A stretch of 64,000 bases of DNA. It comes from an uncultured bacterium. GTDB lineage: Bacteria; Acidobacteriota; Thermoanaerobaculia; Multivoradales; JAHZIX01. The stretch lies in the NCBI GenBank assembly GCA_965368975.1, contig CBDUPA010000001.1, forward strand, positions 448,001-512,000, in the 5' to 3' direction. The position numbers were made by a program, and so were the translations under genes. Numbering within the stretch: the first letter of the stretch is position 1; the number at the start of each line of letters is the position of its first letter. Positions 1 through 8,888 of this stretch are shown one piece after another. The notes under the pieces are model-generated. The model ran no database searches. It was not told the DNA's origin and saw only the letters and a list, made by a program, of their open reading frames with translations.

Positions 1-1227
1 CATCGCCGCTTCCAACTCGCCACGGCCGCGTCGCAGGACGCCCAGGTTGTTGAGCGTCTGTGCCTGGCCGAGGCGGTCGCCTTGGGTCGCCAGCAGGTCG
101 AGAGCCCGCTGGTAGTGCGCCAGCGCTTGGTCGGGCTCGCCGAGATGTTCGGCGAGCCGGCCGAGATTGGTGCGCGCGGCGCTCTCGCTCTGCACTGCCC
201 GCGCTGCTTCGATGCTGGGTAGGGCTTGTTCGTAGCAGGTGCGTCCCATGACCAGTTCGCCCTGGGCCAAGTCCATCAGGCAGAGGTTGCTCAGCGCGGC
301 GGCGATCAGGTAGGTGTCCTCCTGGTTCTCGCCACCTATTCGAGCTTGTTGGAAAGCACCTCGCGCGGCGTCGAGCTCGCTCAGGCTCCACAGGTTCAGG
401 CCCAGTTCATTGTGCGCGTAGGCCGCGAGCGACGCCTCGCCGACACGACTTGCCAGCTCGCGTGCCAAGCGAGCTGCTTCATAGGCTTTGCGCGGTGCGT
501 CGAGCAGACGGTGCAGGACGGCCTTCACGTAGAGCATGCGAGCCGCTTCGATCCGGTCATGACCCGCCAGCCAGAAGTCGTACGCTGCCTCGAGGTGAAG
601 GAGTGCCTGGCGCCAGGCCTCGGGGGTTTCTCGCGGGTACAGCCGAGCCGCGGCGGTCCAAGCTGAGGCGGCTTGCCGGTGCCGGGTGTCGAGGATCGAC
701 TCGGCACGTAGACGGTAGGTGCCGGCTGGCGCACCGACCTCGCGACCTCGGAGAGCGATGCGGTAGCTGCTGGTTGCGGCTTCGGTGTTGGCGTCCAGTA
801 TGACGGATTCGAAGCCTTGGCGATCGAACGGCCCGTCGACCAAGAAGCTGGTGTCGATGATCGCGGCCCGCTCCAAACGAGCCTGGCCGGTCTCGCTCTG
901 CACCTCGACTTGGATCTCCAGGTCGATGCCGTGCTGCTGGGCAATCACGTACGTCGCCTGCCCAGCGTCGAGATCCAGGCGGTAGGAATGGGTCTCGCCA
1001 GCTTCGAGAGTGCGGACCACCGTCACATCGAGCCGAAGCGGAGTCGCCCCCTGTTGTGTCTCGGACGGCAAGGCTCCAGCCCAGGTTGGAAGTGTACAGG
1101 CCACGAACACGACCGCGACAACCTTCCGGAACCGGGCCTTGTAGCTGGTGGTCGGGGAGGGGGTCGTGGTGTTCACCTCGGAGCTAGGTCTGGGGGGTGG
1201 TGGAAGGCCCAGTCTACCCGACCTCAT
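1..1227 (-). CDS. TPR-containing, probably CHAT-family, secreted protein; N-terminal part only, runs off the left edge
   Basis: Manual translation from ATG 1227 gives ...KVVAVVFVACTLPTWAG...VVRTLEAGETHSYRLDLDAGQATYVIAQQHGIDLEI...VDGPFDRQGFESVIL, the typical N-terminal module of acidobacterial CHAT-TPR proteins. The CHAT domain itself is not visible in the window. Confidence 0.65.
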   Translation of the reverse strand, partial: MRSGRLGLPPPPRPSSEVNTTTPSPTTSYKARFRKVVAVVFVACTLPTWAGALPSETQQGATPLRLDVTVVRTLEAGETHSYRLDLDAGQATYVIAQQHGIDLEIQVEVQSETGQARLERAAIIDTSFLVDGPFDRQGFESVILDANTEAATSSYRIALRGREVGAPAGTYRLRAESILDTRHRQAASAWTAAARLYPRETPEAWRQALLHLEAAYDFWLAGHDRIEAARMLYVKAVLHRLLDAPRKAYEAARLARELASRVGEASLAAYAHNELGLNLWSLSELDAARGAFQQARIGGENQEDTYLIAAALSNLCLMDLAQGELVMGRTCYEQALPSIEAARAVQSESAARTNLGRLAEHLGEPDQALAHYQRALDLLATQGDRLGQAQTLNNLGVLRRGRGELEAAM

Positions 1228-1367
1228 GGTGAGCGTCGAGCCGATGGGGTGGTACGCCTTCGTCTCGCCGCGCGGACTGTCCGTGTTCCGGTTGAATTGC
1301 TCTACTTCTCACCGTTGCTGGTCTACGGGCTGTGACCACGCCGCGCTGCGCGCGCATAGATCAGAGA

Positions 1368-2537
1368 CTACTCAGGCGCCTCCTCTTCACTTGGGGGCAG
1401 GGGGCTCGGCATTTCCTTGATGTAGACGTCCTGCTTGGCGTACGGGATCTCGATGCCGGCGGCGTTGAAGGCCTTGTAGACCTCCATGAACAGCTCGTGA
1501 CGCAGACGCCCGCGCAGCACCGGCTCGTCGATCCAGCACAGCAACTCGAAGTCGAGGCTGGACGCACCGAAGGCCCGCATGCGTACGCGCGGCTCGGGGT
1601 CTGGGCAGATGTGCTCGTGGCCGACGGCGATCTGCTGGAGCAGGTCGCATACCTGGTCGACGTCTGAGCCGTAGGCGACTCCCACCGGAATGCGGATGCG
1701 TTCCTTTTCCCACGGGCCACCGCTCTCGTTGATGATCTTGGCGTTGGCGATGATCGCGTTGGGTAGCGTGATCTCGATGTCGTCGCGGGTGAGCAGACGC
1801 GTCGAGCGGATGCCGACGTGCGTCACTCTCCCACGTTCGCCGCTGTCGAGAACCACCCAATCACCGATCTTGTAGGGCGTATCGGCCAGAATGAAGAAGC
1901 CGGAGAAGAGGTTGGCCAGCGTGTCCTTGGCGGCGAAGCCAACGGCGATACCGATGACGCCTGCCGAGGCCAACCAGGCAGTCGGGTCGATGCCCCAGAT
2001 CAGCAGCAGCGCATAGGCACCGGCACCCAACGTGACCAGTTTGGCCACCATGTCGAAGAGCGGCATGGTGCGCTCCTCGATCAGCGGGAATCGTTCCCGG
2101 TACCGCGAGAGCAAGTCGAGCACCAGCCGGCACATCGGCATCGCGGCTCTCAGCCAGATCAACACCAGGATGGTGAACAGCAGACGCAGCGTGATGTCAG
2201 TGATGAAAGGAGAGATCTTCAGGCTGACGATCGCCAGTGCCAGGCCTACGAAGAGGACGGTATTGAAGACTGGTCGGTCGAGCAGCAGGATGATTGCGTC
2301 GTCGAGGTCTGTAGAGGTCTTGGCTGTCAGGCGCCGCAGGCCACGGCGGAAGATGATTTCGACGATCTTGGCGACCAGCATCGACAAGAGGATGATCACG
2401 ACGAAGCCGAGGATCGGCACGCTGTCGATCCAGGTCCAGACATCGACGACCTCTTGCGGTATCCAGTCGGGTACCTCCAGGGTCAAGGTTTCCGGGGTTT
2501 CCGCGGCTGTAGAGGGGGGCGTTGGGGCCTGCTGCAT
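1368..2537 (-). CDS. Small-conductance mechanosensitive channel (MscS family)
   Basis: Multiple TM helices; GIAVGFAAKDTLANLFSGF, PYKIGDWV, GRVTHVGIRST and IEIPY motifs. Start moved to ATG 2537, which follows a GGAGG RBS. Confidence 0.93.
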   Translation of the reverse strand: MQQAPTPPSTAAETPETLTLEVPDWIPQEVVDVWTWIDSVPILGFVVIILLSMLVAKIVEIIFRRGLRRLTAKTSTDLDDAIILLLDRPVFNTVLFVGLALAIVSLKISPFITDITLRLLFTILVLIWLRAAMPMCRLVLDLLSRYRERFPLIEERTMPLFDMVAKLVTLGAGAYALLLIWGIDPTAWLASAGVIGIAVGFAAKDTLANLFSGFFILADTPYKIGDWVVLDSGERGRVTHVGIRSTRLLTRDDIEITLPNAIIANAKIINESGGPWEKERIRIPVGVAYGSDVDQVCDLLQQIAVGHEHICPDPEPRVRMRAFGASSLDFELLCWIDEPVLRGRLRHELFMEVYKAFNAAGIEIPYAKQDVYIKEMPSPLPPSEEEAPE

Positions 2538-2587
2538 GATGTGAAGTCCTCCTGGATCAAGCGTGCGCTGAGTGTACGCGATTCCGC

Positions 2588-5110
2588 TCAGTCGTTCGCG
2601 CCGGCCTCGACGGCTGCGAGCTGACGGCGCAGGTCGTGCACTACCGGATGGTCGGCGCCGCGGATGCGCTCGGTGTCGGTGAGGAGCTGGCGCAGCAGTT
2701 CCGCGGCTTCGGTGCCGCGTGCCGGATCCAGGGCGACGATGTCGGCGATGTTGGCACGGTCGTCGAGCACGCGGGGATGGTCCGCGTCGAAGATCTGCAG
2801 GCGCCGGTCCAGGACCTCGCGGTAGAGGTCTTCGGCGGCGCGCAGATCTCCGCGATCCTGCTGCAGCCCGGCCAGGTTGCTCAGTGTCGTGAGGGTGGCG
2901 GAGTGGTCGTCGCCGAGCACGCGGCGGCGACTTTCGAGGGTCGCGCGCAGCAAGGGCTCGGCCTCGTCGAGGCGGCCAAGCTGGATCCAGACACTTCCCA
3001 GGTTGCTGGCCGCGTTCAGGCTGCGGGGGTGATCGGAACCCTGTTGCTGGCACGATGTCTCGTACACCTGACGGTAGAGGTCTTCGGCCTCTTCCAGCTG
3101 TCCCCGGCTGAACAGCACCGACGCCAGGTTGACACTGGCGGCCAGGGTGTCGGGGTGCTCGGCTCCCTGCACGCGGCGCCGGATCTCGAGGGCTTGGCGC
3201 AGCAAGGGTTCGGCTTCCTCGGCGCGCCCCTGGAAAAACAGCAGACTGGCCAGGTTGCCGGTGACGCCCAAGGTCTCCACATGGTCGTCACCGAGCTGCT
3301 GGCGGTGTTCGTCGAGCGCTTGGTGGAGCAGGGCCCCGGCATCGTCGTAGTGACCGCGTAACATCTGGAGGCGGGCCAGGCCGGCACGGGCGCGGGCTAC
3401 CTCGGCGAGCGCTGACGGGGCCGCCATGGTATCCAGGGCAGCGGCAGTGTCGAGGGCGGCCTGGTAGAGCGGCAGCGCGGCCTCGTACAGGCCCAGATTA
3501 CTGTACACACGTGCCATGGTGCGTTGCAGCCGTGCCTTGATCGCGGACGGCTCGGACAAGCGCTGGTCGATGTCGGCGCTGCCGCGGTCGAGAATCTCGC
3601 GGGCGGTGATGCTGTTGCCGCGCGCCTCGCTGGGGTCGGAGATGCGGAACAGGCCGCTCAGGAAGTCCGAGACCTCCAGCGCCACCGCCGCCTCGTGGTT
3701 GGCGCGGTCGCGCTCGGCGGCTAGGTGGGCCGACTGTGCGGCCAGGCGCCGGGACTGCACCGCGGTGACGGCGCTGAAGGTCACCAGGGCCAGCAGCAGT
3801 CCCGCAGCCAGGCCGACGGCGACGCGGTGCCGGCGCACGAAGGTGCGGGCGCGGTAACCCAGCGAGTCGGGACGCGCCGCGACGGTGCGACCAGCTCGGT
3901 AGCGCTGGAGGTCGTCGAGCAACTGTTCGACCGAGCCGTAACGCCGCTCGGGTTCCTTGCGCAGCGTCTTGAGCACGATGGCGCCCAGGTCGCCGCGCAG
4001 CTGCCGCGTCAGCCGTGACAGTGTGGTGCGGCGCTGGCGGGCGGTGTCGTCGTCCTGCACCGCGCGGTGAGGCCGGGTCGGCGGTTTCTCGCTGATCCTG
4101 CGCGCCCATTCCAGCGGAGAAGCCGCTTGTGGCGACGCGGATCCGCCCTGATCGTAGGGCGAGCGGCCAGTGAGTAGCAAGTAGAGCAGCAGACCGAGTT
4201 GGTAGACATCGGAGAGGGTGGTCACCGGTTCGCCCTGGAGCTGCTCGGGACTGGCGTAGGCCGGTGTCAGTGGCTGCGCGCCTCGGGTGAGTGCCTCGCC
4301 ACCGCCGTTGGCACCCCCGCCGCCCGTGCCGTCGTCGAGCAGGCGGGCGATGCCAAAGTCGAGCAGCTTGGGGTGACCGTCCGCGGTGACCAGGATGTTG
4401 GAGGGCTTGATGTCGCGGTGCACCACCAGGTTGCGGTGGGCGTACTGCACCACACGGGCGATGCGCTGGAACAAGTCGAGACGCTGGACGATGGTGAGCC
4501 GTTCACGGTCGCAGTACTGGTCGACCGGCACGCCGTCGACCAGCTCCATCACCAGGTATGGCCGGCCGTTACTCGGTTGGCCACTAGCCCGGGGGTCGTG
4601 GTCGATGCCACCGTCGAGCAGCCGCGCCATGTCCGGGTGACTGGCGCGCGCCAGGATCTGCCGCTCCTGCTCGAAGCGCCGCACCTGTTCCTGGCTGAGT
4701 GGGCCGAACAGCTGCTTGATCGCCACCTGCTGCTCGAAGTCGCCGTCGACGCGCTCGGCGCGGTAGACCACCGCCATGCCGCCGCGACCGACCTCTTCGA
4801 GCAAGCGGTAGCGGTCGATCACGCTGCCCGGCTGCCAGATCGCGGCCTGCGATTCGCTACCGGTCATCGTGTCGCTATCGCGTCCGCCCCGATCGAGCCC
4901 CCAGTCGAGTCCGCGCGCCGCATCGGCGCCCATGCCCGGGAGCAGCTCGCCGCCGCTGTCGCTGGCGTGACGGAGCAGACGTTGCACCAGCGACAGCAGA
5001 TCCGCGTCCTCACCGGCCGTGTGCCGCACGAAGGCGTCGCGCTCGGCCGCCGGCATGTCCAATGCCTGGACGAAAATCTCGTCCGCCCGCCGCCACTGCC
5101 GGTCATCCAC
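2588..5110 (-). CDS. Membrane Ser/Thr protein kinase with C-terminal TPR repeats
   Basis: GRGGMAVVY, VAIK, HRDIKPSN, LLDFGIA and YASPEQ kinase motifs; one TM helix; repeated 'HPDTL...NLA' TPRs. Confidence 0.95.
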   Translation of the reverse strand: MDDRQWRRADEIFVQALDMPAAERDAFVRHTAGEDADLLSLVQRLLRHASDSGGELLPGMGADAARGLDWGLDRGGRDSDTMTGSESQAAIWQPGSVIDRYRLLEEVGRGGMAVVYRAERVDGDFEQQVAIKQLFGPLSQEQVRRFEQERQILARASHPDMARLLDGGIDHDPRASGQPSNGRPYLVMELVDGVPVDQYCDRERLTIVQRLDLFQRIARVVQYAHRNLVVHRDIKPSNILVTADGHPKLLDFGIARLLDDGTGGGGANGGGEALTRGAQPLTPAYASPEQLQGEPVTTLSDVYQLGLLLYLLLTGRSPYDQGGSASPQAASPLEWARRISEKPPTRPHRAVQDDDTARQRRTTLSRLTRQLRGDLGAIVLKTLRKEPERRYGSVEQLLDDLQRYRAGRTVAARPDSLGYRARTFVRRHRVAVGLAAGLLLALVTFSAVTAVQSRRLAAQSAHLAAERDRANHEAAVALEVSDFLSGLFRISDPSEARGNSITAREILDRGSADIDQRLSEPSAIKARLQRTMARVYSNLGLYEAALPLYQAALDTAAALDTMAAPSALAEVARARAGLARLQMLRGHYDDAGALLHQALDEHRQQLGDDHVETLGVTGNLASLLFFQGRAEEAEPLLRQALEIRRRVQGAEHPDTLAASVNLASVLFSRGQLEEAEDLYRQVYETSCQQQGSDHPRSLNAASNLGSVWIQLGRLDEAEPLLRATLESRRRVLGDDHSATLTTLSNLAGLQQDRGDLRAAEDLYREVLDRRLQIFDADHPRVLDDRANIADIVALDPARGTEAAELLRQLLTDTERIRGADHPVVHDLRRQLAAVEAGAND

Positions 5111-5720
5111 GCCGAGCGTCCCCCGCAGTTGCCGACATCTCCTCGCGCAGCCAGGCGCGGGCGCGGGCCCAGTCGCGCTGTACCGTGCGTTCGGACACGC
5201 CCAATGCCTCGGCCGTCTCGGGCTCGCTCAGGCCGGCGAAGTAGCGGCACTCGACGATGCGCACCAGGCGCGCGTCGCGTTTGCCCAGGCGTAGCAGAGC
5301 CTGTTCCAGGTCGAGCAGGTTTTCTGCTTGCTGATCGATGGCGATGTGGGCCGCTTCGTCCAGCGTCACTGGCCTCTGTTCGCCGCCGCGCTTGGCCGCC
5401 GAACCGCGGCGGGCGTAAGCGATGATGACCTGCCGCATGGCGCGCGCGGCAACGGCGAGGAAATGGCCACGATCTTGCCACTCAGCCCCCGCCTGGCCAG
5501 CCAGCTTGAAGTACGCCTCGTGGACGATGCCGGTGGCGCCGAGCGTGCGCCCCGACGGACCACGTCGCAAGTGCGAGCGCGCAATGCGGCGCAGGTCGTC
5601 ATAGACCAGCGGCACCAGCCGGTCGAAGGCGGCAGCGTCACCGGCGGCAAAGTCGTGCAAGAGCTGGGTGATGTCCTTGTCGTCGTGAGTGCGTGTGCGG
5701 TTGCTTTGATTTCTGGCCAT
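5103..5720 (-). CDS. ECF sigma factor of the kinase-associated type (ECF43/EcfK-like)
   Basis: LVYDDLRRIA, TLGATGIVHEAYFKL, AMRQVII...KRGG and ALGVSERTVQRDW motifs; overlaps the kinase start by 8 bp. Confidence 0.92.
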   Translation of the reverse strand: MARNQSNRTRTHDDKDITQLLHDFAAGDAAAFDRLVPLVYDDLRRIARSHLRRGPSGRTLGATGIVHEAYFKLAGQAGAEWQDRGHFLAVAARAMRQVIIAYARRGSAAKRGGEQRPVTLDEAAHIAIDQQAENLLDLEQALLRLGKRDARLVRIVECRYFAGLSEPETAEALGVSERTVQRDWARARAWLREEMSATAGDARRG

Positions 5721-5956
5721 TTGCGCATTGTTCCACGGTTGAGGAGGTCGCACAGCCGAGGCCGCACGCCGCGTGAGCCTCTGCCCGGGGCGGAACGGAA
5801 GAATGTCGAAGGAAGTTGAAGAAAGGTTGGCGGGATTCGCCGTCGCTTTGCATAGGACCAGGTGAGGGCGCACTGAGGCGCCCAGGAAGGCACCCATCCG
5901 GAACCCCGTGACGCTTTCCGCTGACCGCCGGCCACGAGCCGGCAAGGAGTCCCAAA

Positions 5957-7363
5957 ATGAACACCCGACTGCAACTTCTCTTCCTGAGCTTGTTTCTCAT
6001 ACTGACCTCTCTGGCCGTCCCGGCCGCCATCCCGGCTGGTGCGCAAACCTGCGGTGTCAGCACCGACTCGGTCGAGGTGCGCTTGCGCTCCGCGCCCAGT
6101 TCGATCTCGGACACCACCCGCCGCGAACATCTCCGTGTCTCGCAGGGCTTGCTCGATGCGCTGTGCATCAGCAATTCCAACATCGCCTCCAACGGTGACG
6201 ACAGCCCGCAGGTGCGGGTGGTGATCACCAGCGACAGCAACACCAACGCTCCGAGCAGTCTGCCAAGCAGCGGCCTGTTCACTCTCACCTCTGTGGATAC
6301 AGGTAGCTCGGCCAAGTGGATCGAGATCTACGGCATCGATCCCTTGGATTCGGGCGATAAGAACAACGGCCTGGTGAAGCTGTTTCCTTACACGCGTACG
6401 TCGAGCTTCGACGTCGACAACGCCAGTGCCAGAGTCTACAGCGTGGCCCCGCACGCCACGGTGCAGGTGACTTACAGCCTGTGGTGGGGGACGTCGATCG
6501 GTACCGTCGACACCCACTATGCCAACCCCACCGGCGAGGTGGGTCAGCAGTTCGAAGAGTACGTGCAGATCGAAAGCGAGAAGGACATGGTGTTGTTGGT
6601 GCCGCACGGTGGTGCCATCGAGACCGAGGTGAGCGACGTGATTCCTCGTCTCTTGAACAGTGCGGGAAGCTACAACCTCGACCCGAGTGTCTGGGAGGCT
6701 CGTGGCCACTGGGGGAGCGGGCAGACCCATCGCCGGTGGCATATTACTGCTGGTGATGTCCACGCACCGTCCTTCCCGGGCCTGCAGGATCTCCTCGACG
6801 AGCCGGACTACGACACGGGACAGCCTTTCCGCTGGGCTCTCGCCCTGCACGGCTACACCGGCCGCGTCCTGACGCTGGATCCGGCGACGCCCTCCCTGCA
6901 GAACGACACCAGCGGTGCTTTCTACGGCATCATCATTGGTGGTCAAGCCCATGCTGACACCAAGTGCTACCTGGCACTGGCCATCCGCGACCGCCTGCTG
7001 AGCCGCCGCAACGACGTCGCCATCACGGTCTACTACGGCAGTTCGAGTAACCCGAGCAAGTACGAGGTGCCAGGGCTCGGCGGCGTGATCAAGACTGGTG
7101 GTTTTACCGGCTTGGCAAGCAGCAACATCGTCAACCGCCTGGCTCCCGGTGGCAGCCTCCAGCACGGCGGTATTCAGGTCGAGCTGTCCCAGTCACTGCG
7201 CAACGATGCGACCTGGAGTGATCCTCACATTGCCGACGACGCTGAAGAACTGCTGCGCCGGACCGCCAACGGCCTCGGGCGGGGCATGGGGCAACTCAAC
7301 GGCTACGCCGACGGAGCCCAGGGAGCCTGCGCTGAGCTGCAGGCGGTGATCAACTCTCTGTGA
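5957..7363 (+). CDS. Secreted protein with poly-gamma-glutamate hydrolase-like (PghP/DUF867) domain
   Basis: Signal peptide; PHGGAIE, WHITA, ALHG, NIVNRL and GIQVELS motifs match this family; AAGGAG RBS. Confidence 0.75.
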   Translation: MNTRLQLLFLSLFLILTSLAVPAAIPAGAQTCGVSTDSVEVRLRSAPSSISDTTRREHLRVSQGLLDALCISNSNIASNGDDSPQVRVVITSDSNTNAPSSLPSSGLFTLTSVDTGSSAKWIEIYGIDPLDSGDKNNGLVKLFPYTRTSSFDVDNASARVYSVAPHATVQVTYSLWWGTSIGTVDTHYANPTGEVGQQFEEYVQIESEKDMVLLVPHGGAIETEVSDVIPRLLNSAGSYNLDPSVWEARGHWGSGQTHRRWHITAGDVHAPSFPGLQDLLDEPDYDTGQPFRWALALHGYTGRVLTLDPATPSLQNDTSGAFYGIIIGGQAHADTKCYLALAIRDRLLSRRNDVAITVYYGSSSNPSKYEVPGLGGVIKTGGFTGLASSNIVNRLAPGGSLQHGGIQVELSQSLRNDATWSDPHIADDAEELLRRTANGLGRGMGQLNGYADGAQGACAELQAVINSL

Positions 7364-7400
7364 TGGCGGCTGGCCGCATTCTCTGACGTGTCTCTTCGCC

Positions 7401-7439
7401 GGCGGGCGGATCTCTGGATCCGCCCCCCGCCGCTTCTTT
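7401..7439 (+). terminator. Putative intrinsic terminator
   Basis: GGGCGGATC-TCTG-GATCCGCCC stem followed by TTCTTT, downstream of the 7363 stop. Confidence 0.45.
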
Positions 7440-7485
7440 GAGTCCAGCCGGATGCTAGTATGGCCACCCTTCGAAGGAGTTCATC

Positions 7486-8253
7486 ATGACGCAGAAACCC
7501 GCCACAGTGCTGTGCAGCTTGGGCTTGCTGACTTTCGGCTGGCTGGCAACCTCCGCCTGCCGAACGGTGCAGGAACCTGCTGCGACACCGGCCCGAGTAC
7601 AGGGTGTTGCCTTGTCCGAGCCGCAATACGAACTCCGCTTGCACTGCGCCCCTGCGGCCTTGGTGCTGGGCGAGAAGGTGCGGTGCACTTTGACCATCGC
7701 CGAAGCTGGCACCGAACCGGTGAATCCGGGATTCGAAGATGCCGCGTTGTTGCTGGGCCGGCCGGTTGCCAGCAAGGGTATCGACGGGAACAGCCAGGCG
7801 GGCTTTCAGCGCTCGTTTCACCGCCAGCCGGAAGCCGTAGGGCCGTATGTGATCGAGCCCTTCGAGCTGAGCTTCGAAGGGCAGCAGCTGGTGTCCAACT
7901 CTGCCGAGGTCGCGGTCTTGGCGTCACCGCCCGCGGATTTGCCCGTCTCGCTGGTGGTGTCCAAGCCGCCCTTGCGAGCGGGAGTTCCCTTTGAGCTGTT
8001 CTTGTCTCAGACCTCAGACATCGTGCAGAGGTTGACGCTGGAAGGCAATGACGAGCTGGAGTTGCGGTCGGTGTCGACCCGGACGCAGGCAGTTAACGGG
8101 GTGACGAGCTATTCCGCGATCTACCGGGCTGTTGCGCATCGCCCCGGGCGGTTGATTCTGGATCGCTCGTTTTATCGAGGGCTACCGGAAGATGTCGACG
8201 TTCCGGCCTTGGTCTTGGAGATTGTGCCGCCACGGACCGTCGAGCCTTACTGA
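7486..8253 (+). CDS. Hypothetical lipoprotein, BatD-like Ig domains
   Basis: Lipobox-like TSAC after a hydrophobic stretch; GPYVIEPFELSFEGQQLVSN resembles BatD; AAGGAG RBS. Confidence 0.5.
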   Translation: MTQKPATVLCSLGLLTFGWLATSACRTVQEPAATPARVQGVALSEPQYELRLHCAPAALVLGEKVRCTLTIAEAGTEPVNPGFEDAALLLGRPVASKGIDGNSQAGFQRSFHRQPEAVGPYVIEPFELSFEGQQLVSNSAEVAVLASPPADLPVSLVVSKPPLRAGVPFELFLSQTSDIVQRLTLEGNDELELRSVSTRTQAVNGVTSYSAIYRAVAHRPGRLILDRSFYRGLPEDVDVPALVLEIVPPRTVEPY

Positions 8254-8259
8254 GCTGTT

Positions 8260-8724
8260 TCATTGGCGCCAGGGTAGTTGCATCTCCTCGCCCTCCGGAT
8301 TCCAGATCTTCGACCCGATTCCAACGATCACGATGGCGTCTGTCGGTGTGTCGCCGACGTTCCAGTACTGGTGTGGCACCCCTGCCGGGGCGACCAGCGT
8401 GCAGGGAGCTTCGAACTCGATCTCCTCGTCACCGATCACTGCTCTGCCCTTGCCTTCGAGGAAGACGAAGACCTCTTCTGACTCGTGCGTGTGCTTGGGC
8501 GTCGAGGACCCTGGTGCAACGCTCGAACGCCACACCTCGAACTCCTGGGCGCCGGTGCCGAGTGTCGCGATGCCACGCAGCTGGTTGCCGTTGTTTTCGA
8601 ACACCTGTACTTCGTCGTGCTCGATCACCGTCGCATGGGGATGACCTTCGTGGCCGTTGGCCAACCAGGCGGCGGCAAGGGTCGCGAGCAGCAGGCATAT
8701 CCCTAGGATTCTGGAAAGACTCAT
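8260..8724 (-). CDS. Exported cupin-domain protein
   Basis: Signal peptide; cupin motifs HTHESEEVFVFLEG and PAGVPHQYWN. Confidence 0.85.
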   Translation of the reverse strand: MSLSRILGICLLLATLAAAWLANGHEGHPHATVIEHDEVQVFENNGNQLRGIATLGTGAQEFEVWRSSVAPGSSTPKHTHESEEVFVFLEGKGRAVIGDEEIEFEAPCTLVAPAGVPHQYWNVGDTPTDAIVIVGIGSKIWNPEGEEMQLPWRQ

Positions 8725-8888
8725 GGCGTTTCTCCGTCTCGGATTCTTGGATCGTTTCGTCTGACCGGGCATTCTGCCACGAGTGCTAGGATGGCGAGAA
8801 TTCTCCGAGACCCACACGTCGTCTACCCAGGACACGGCGCTGTCCGCCCATAGAGCGCCGCGGCATCGTTGTACTGAGGAGTTTCGCC

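Noticed and set aside
2538-3053. Long N-terminal extensions from the ORF track (mscS; also ECF, lipase, 30985-32067, VioB-like)
   Set aside because: They overlap neighbouring genes; downstream ATGs have an RBS or translational coupling.
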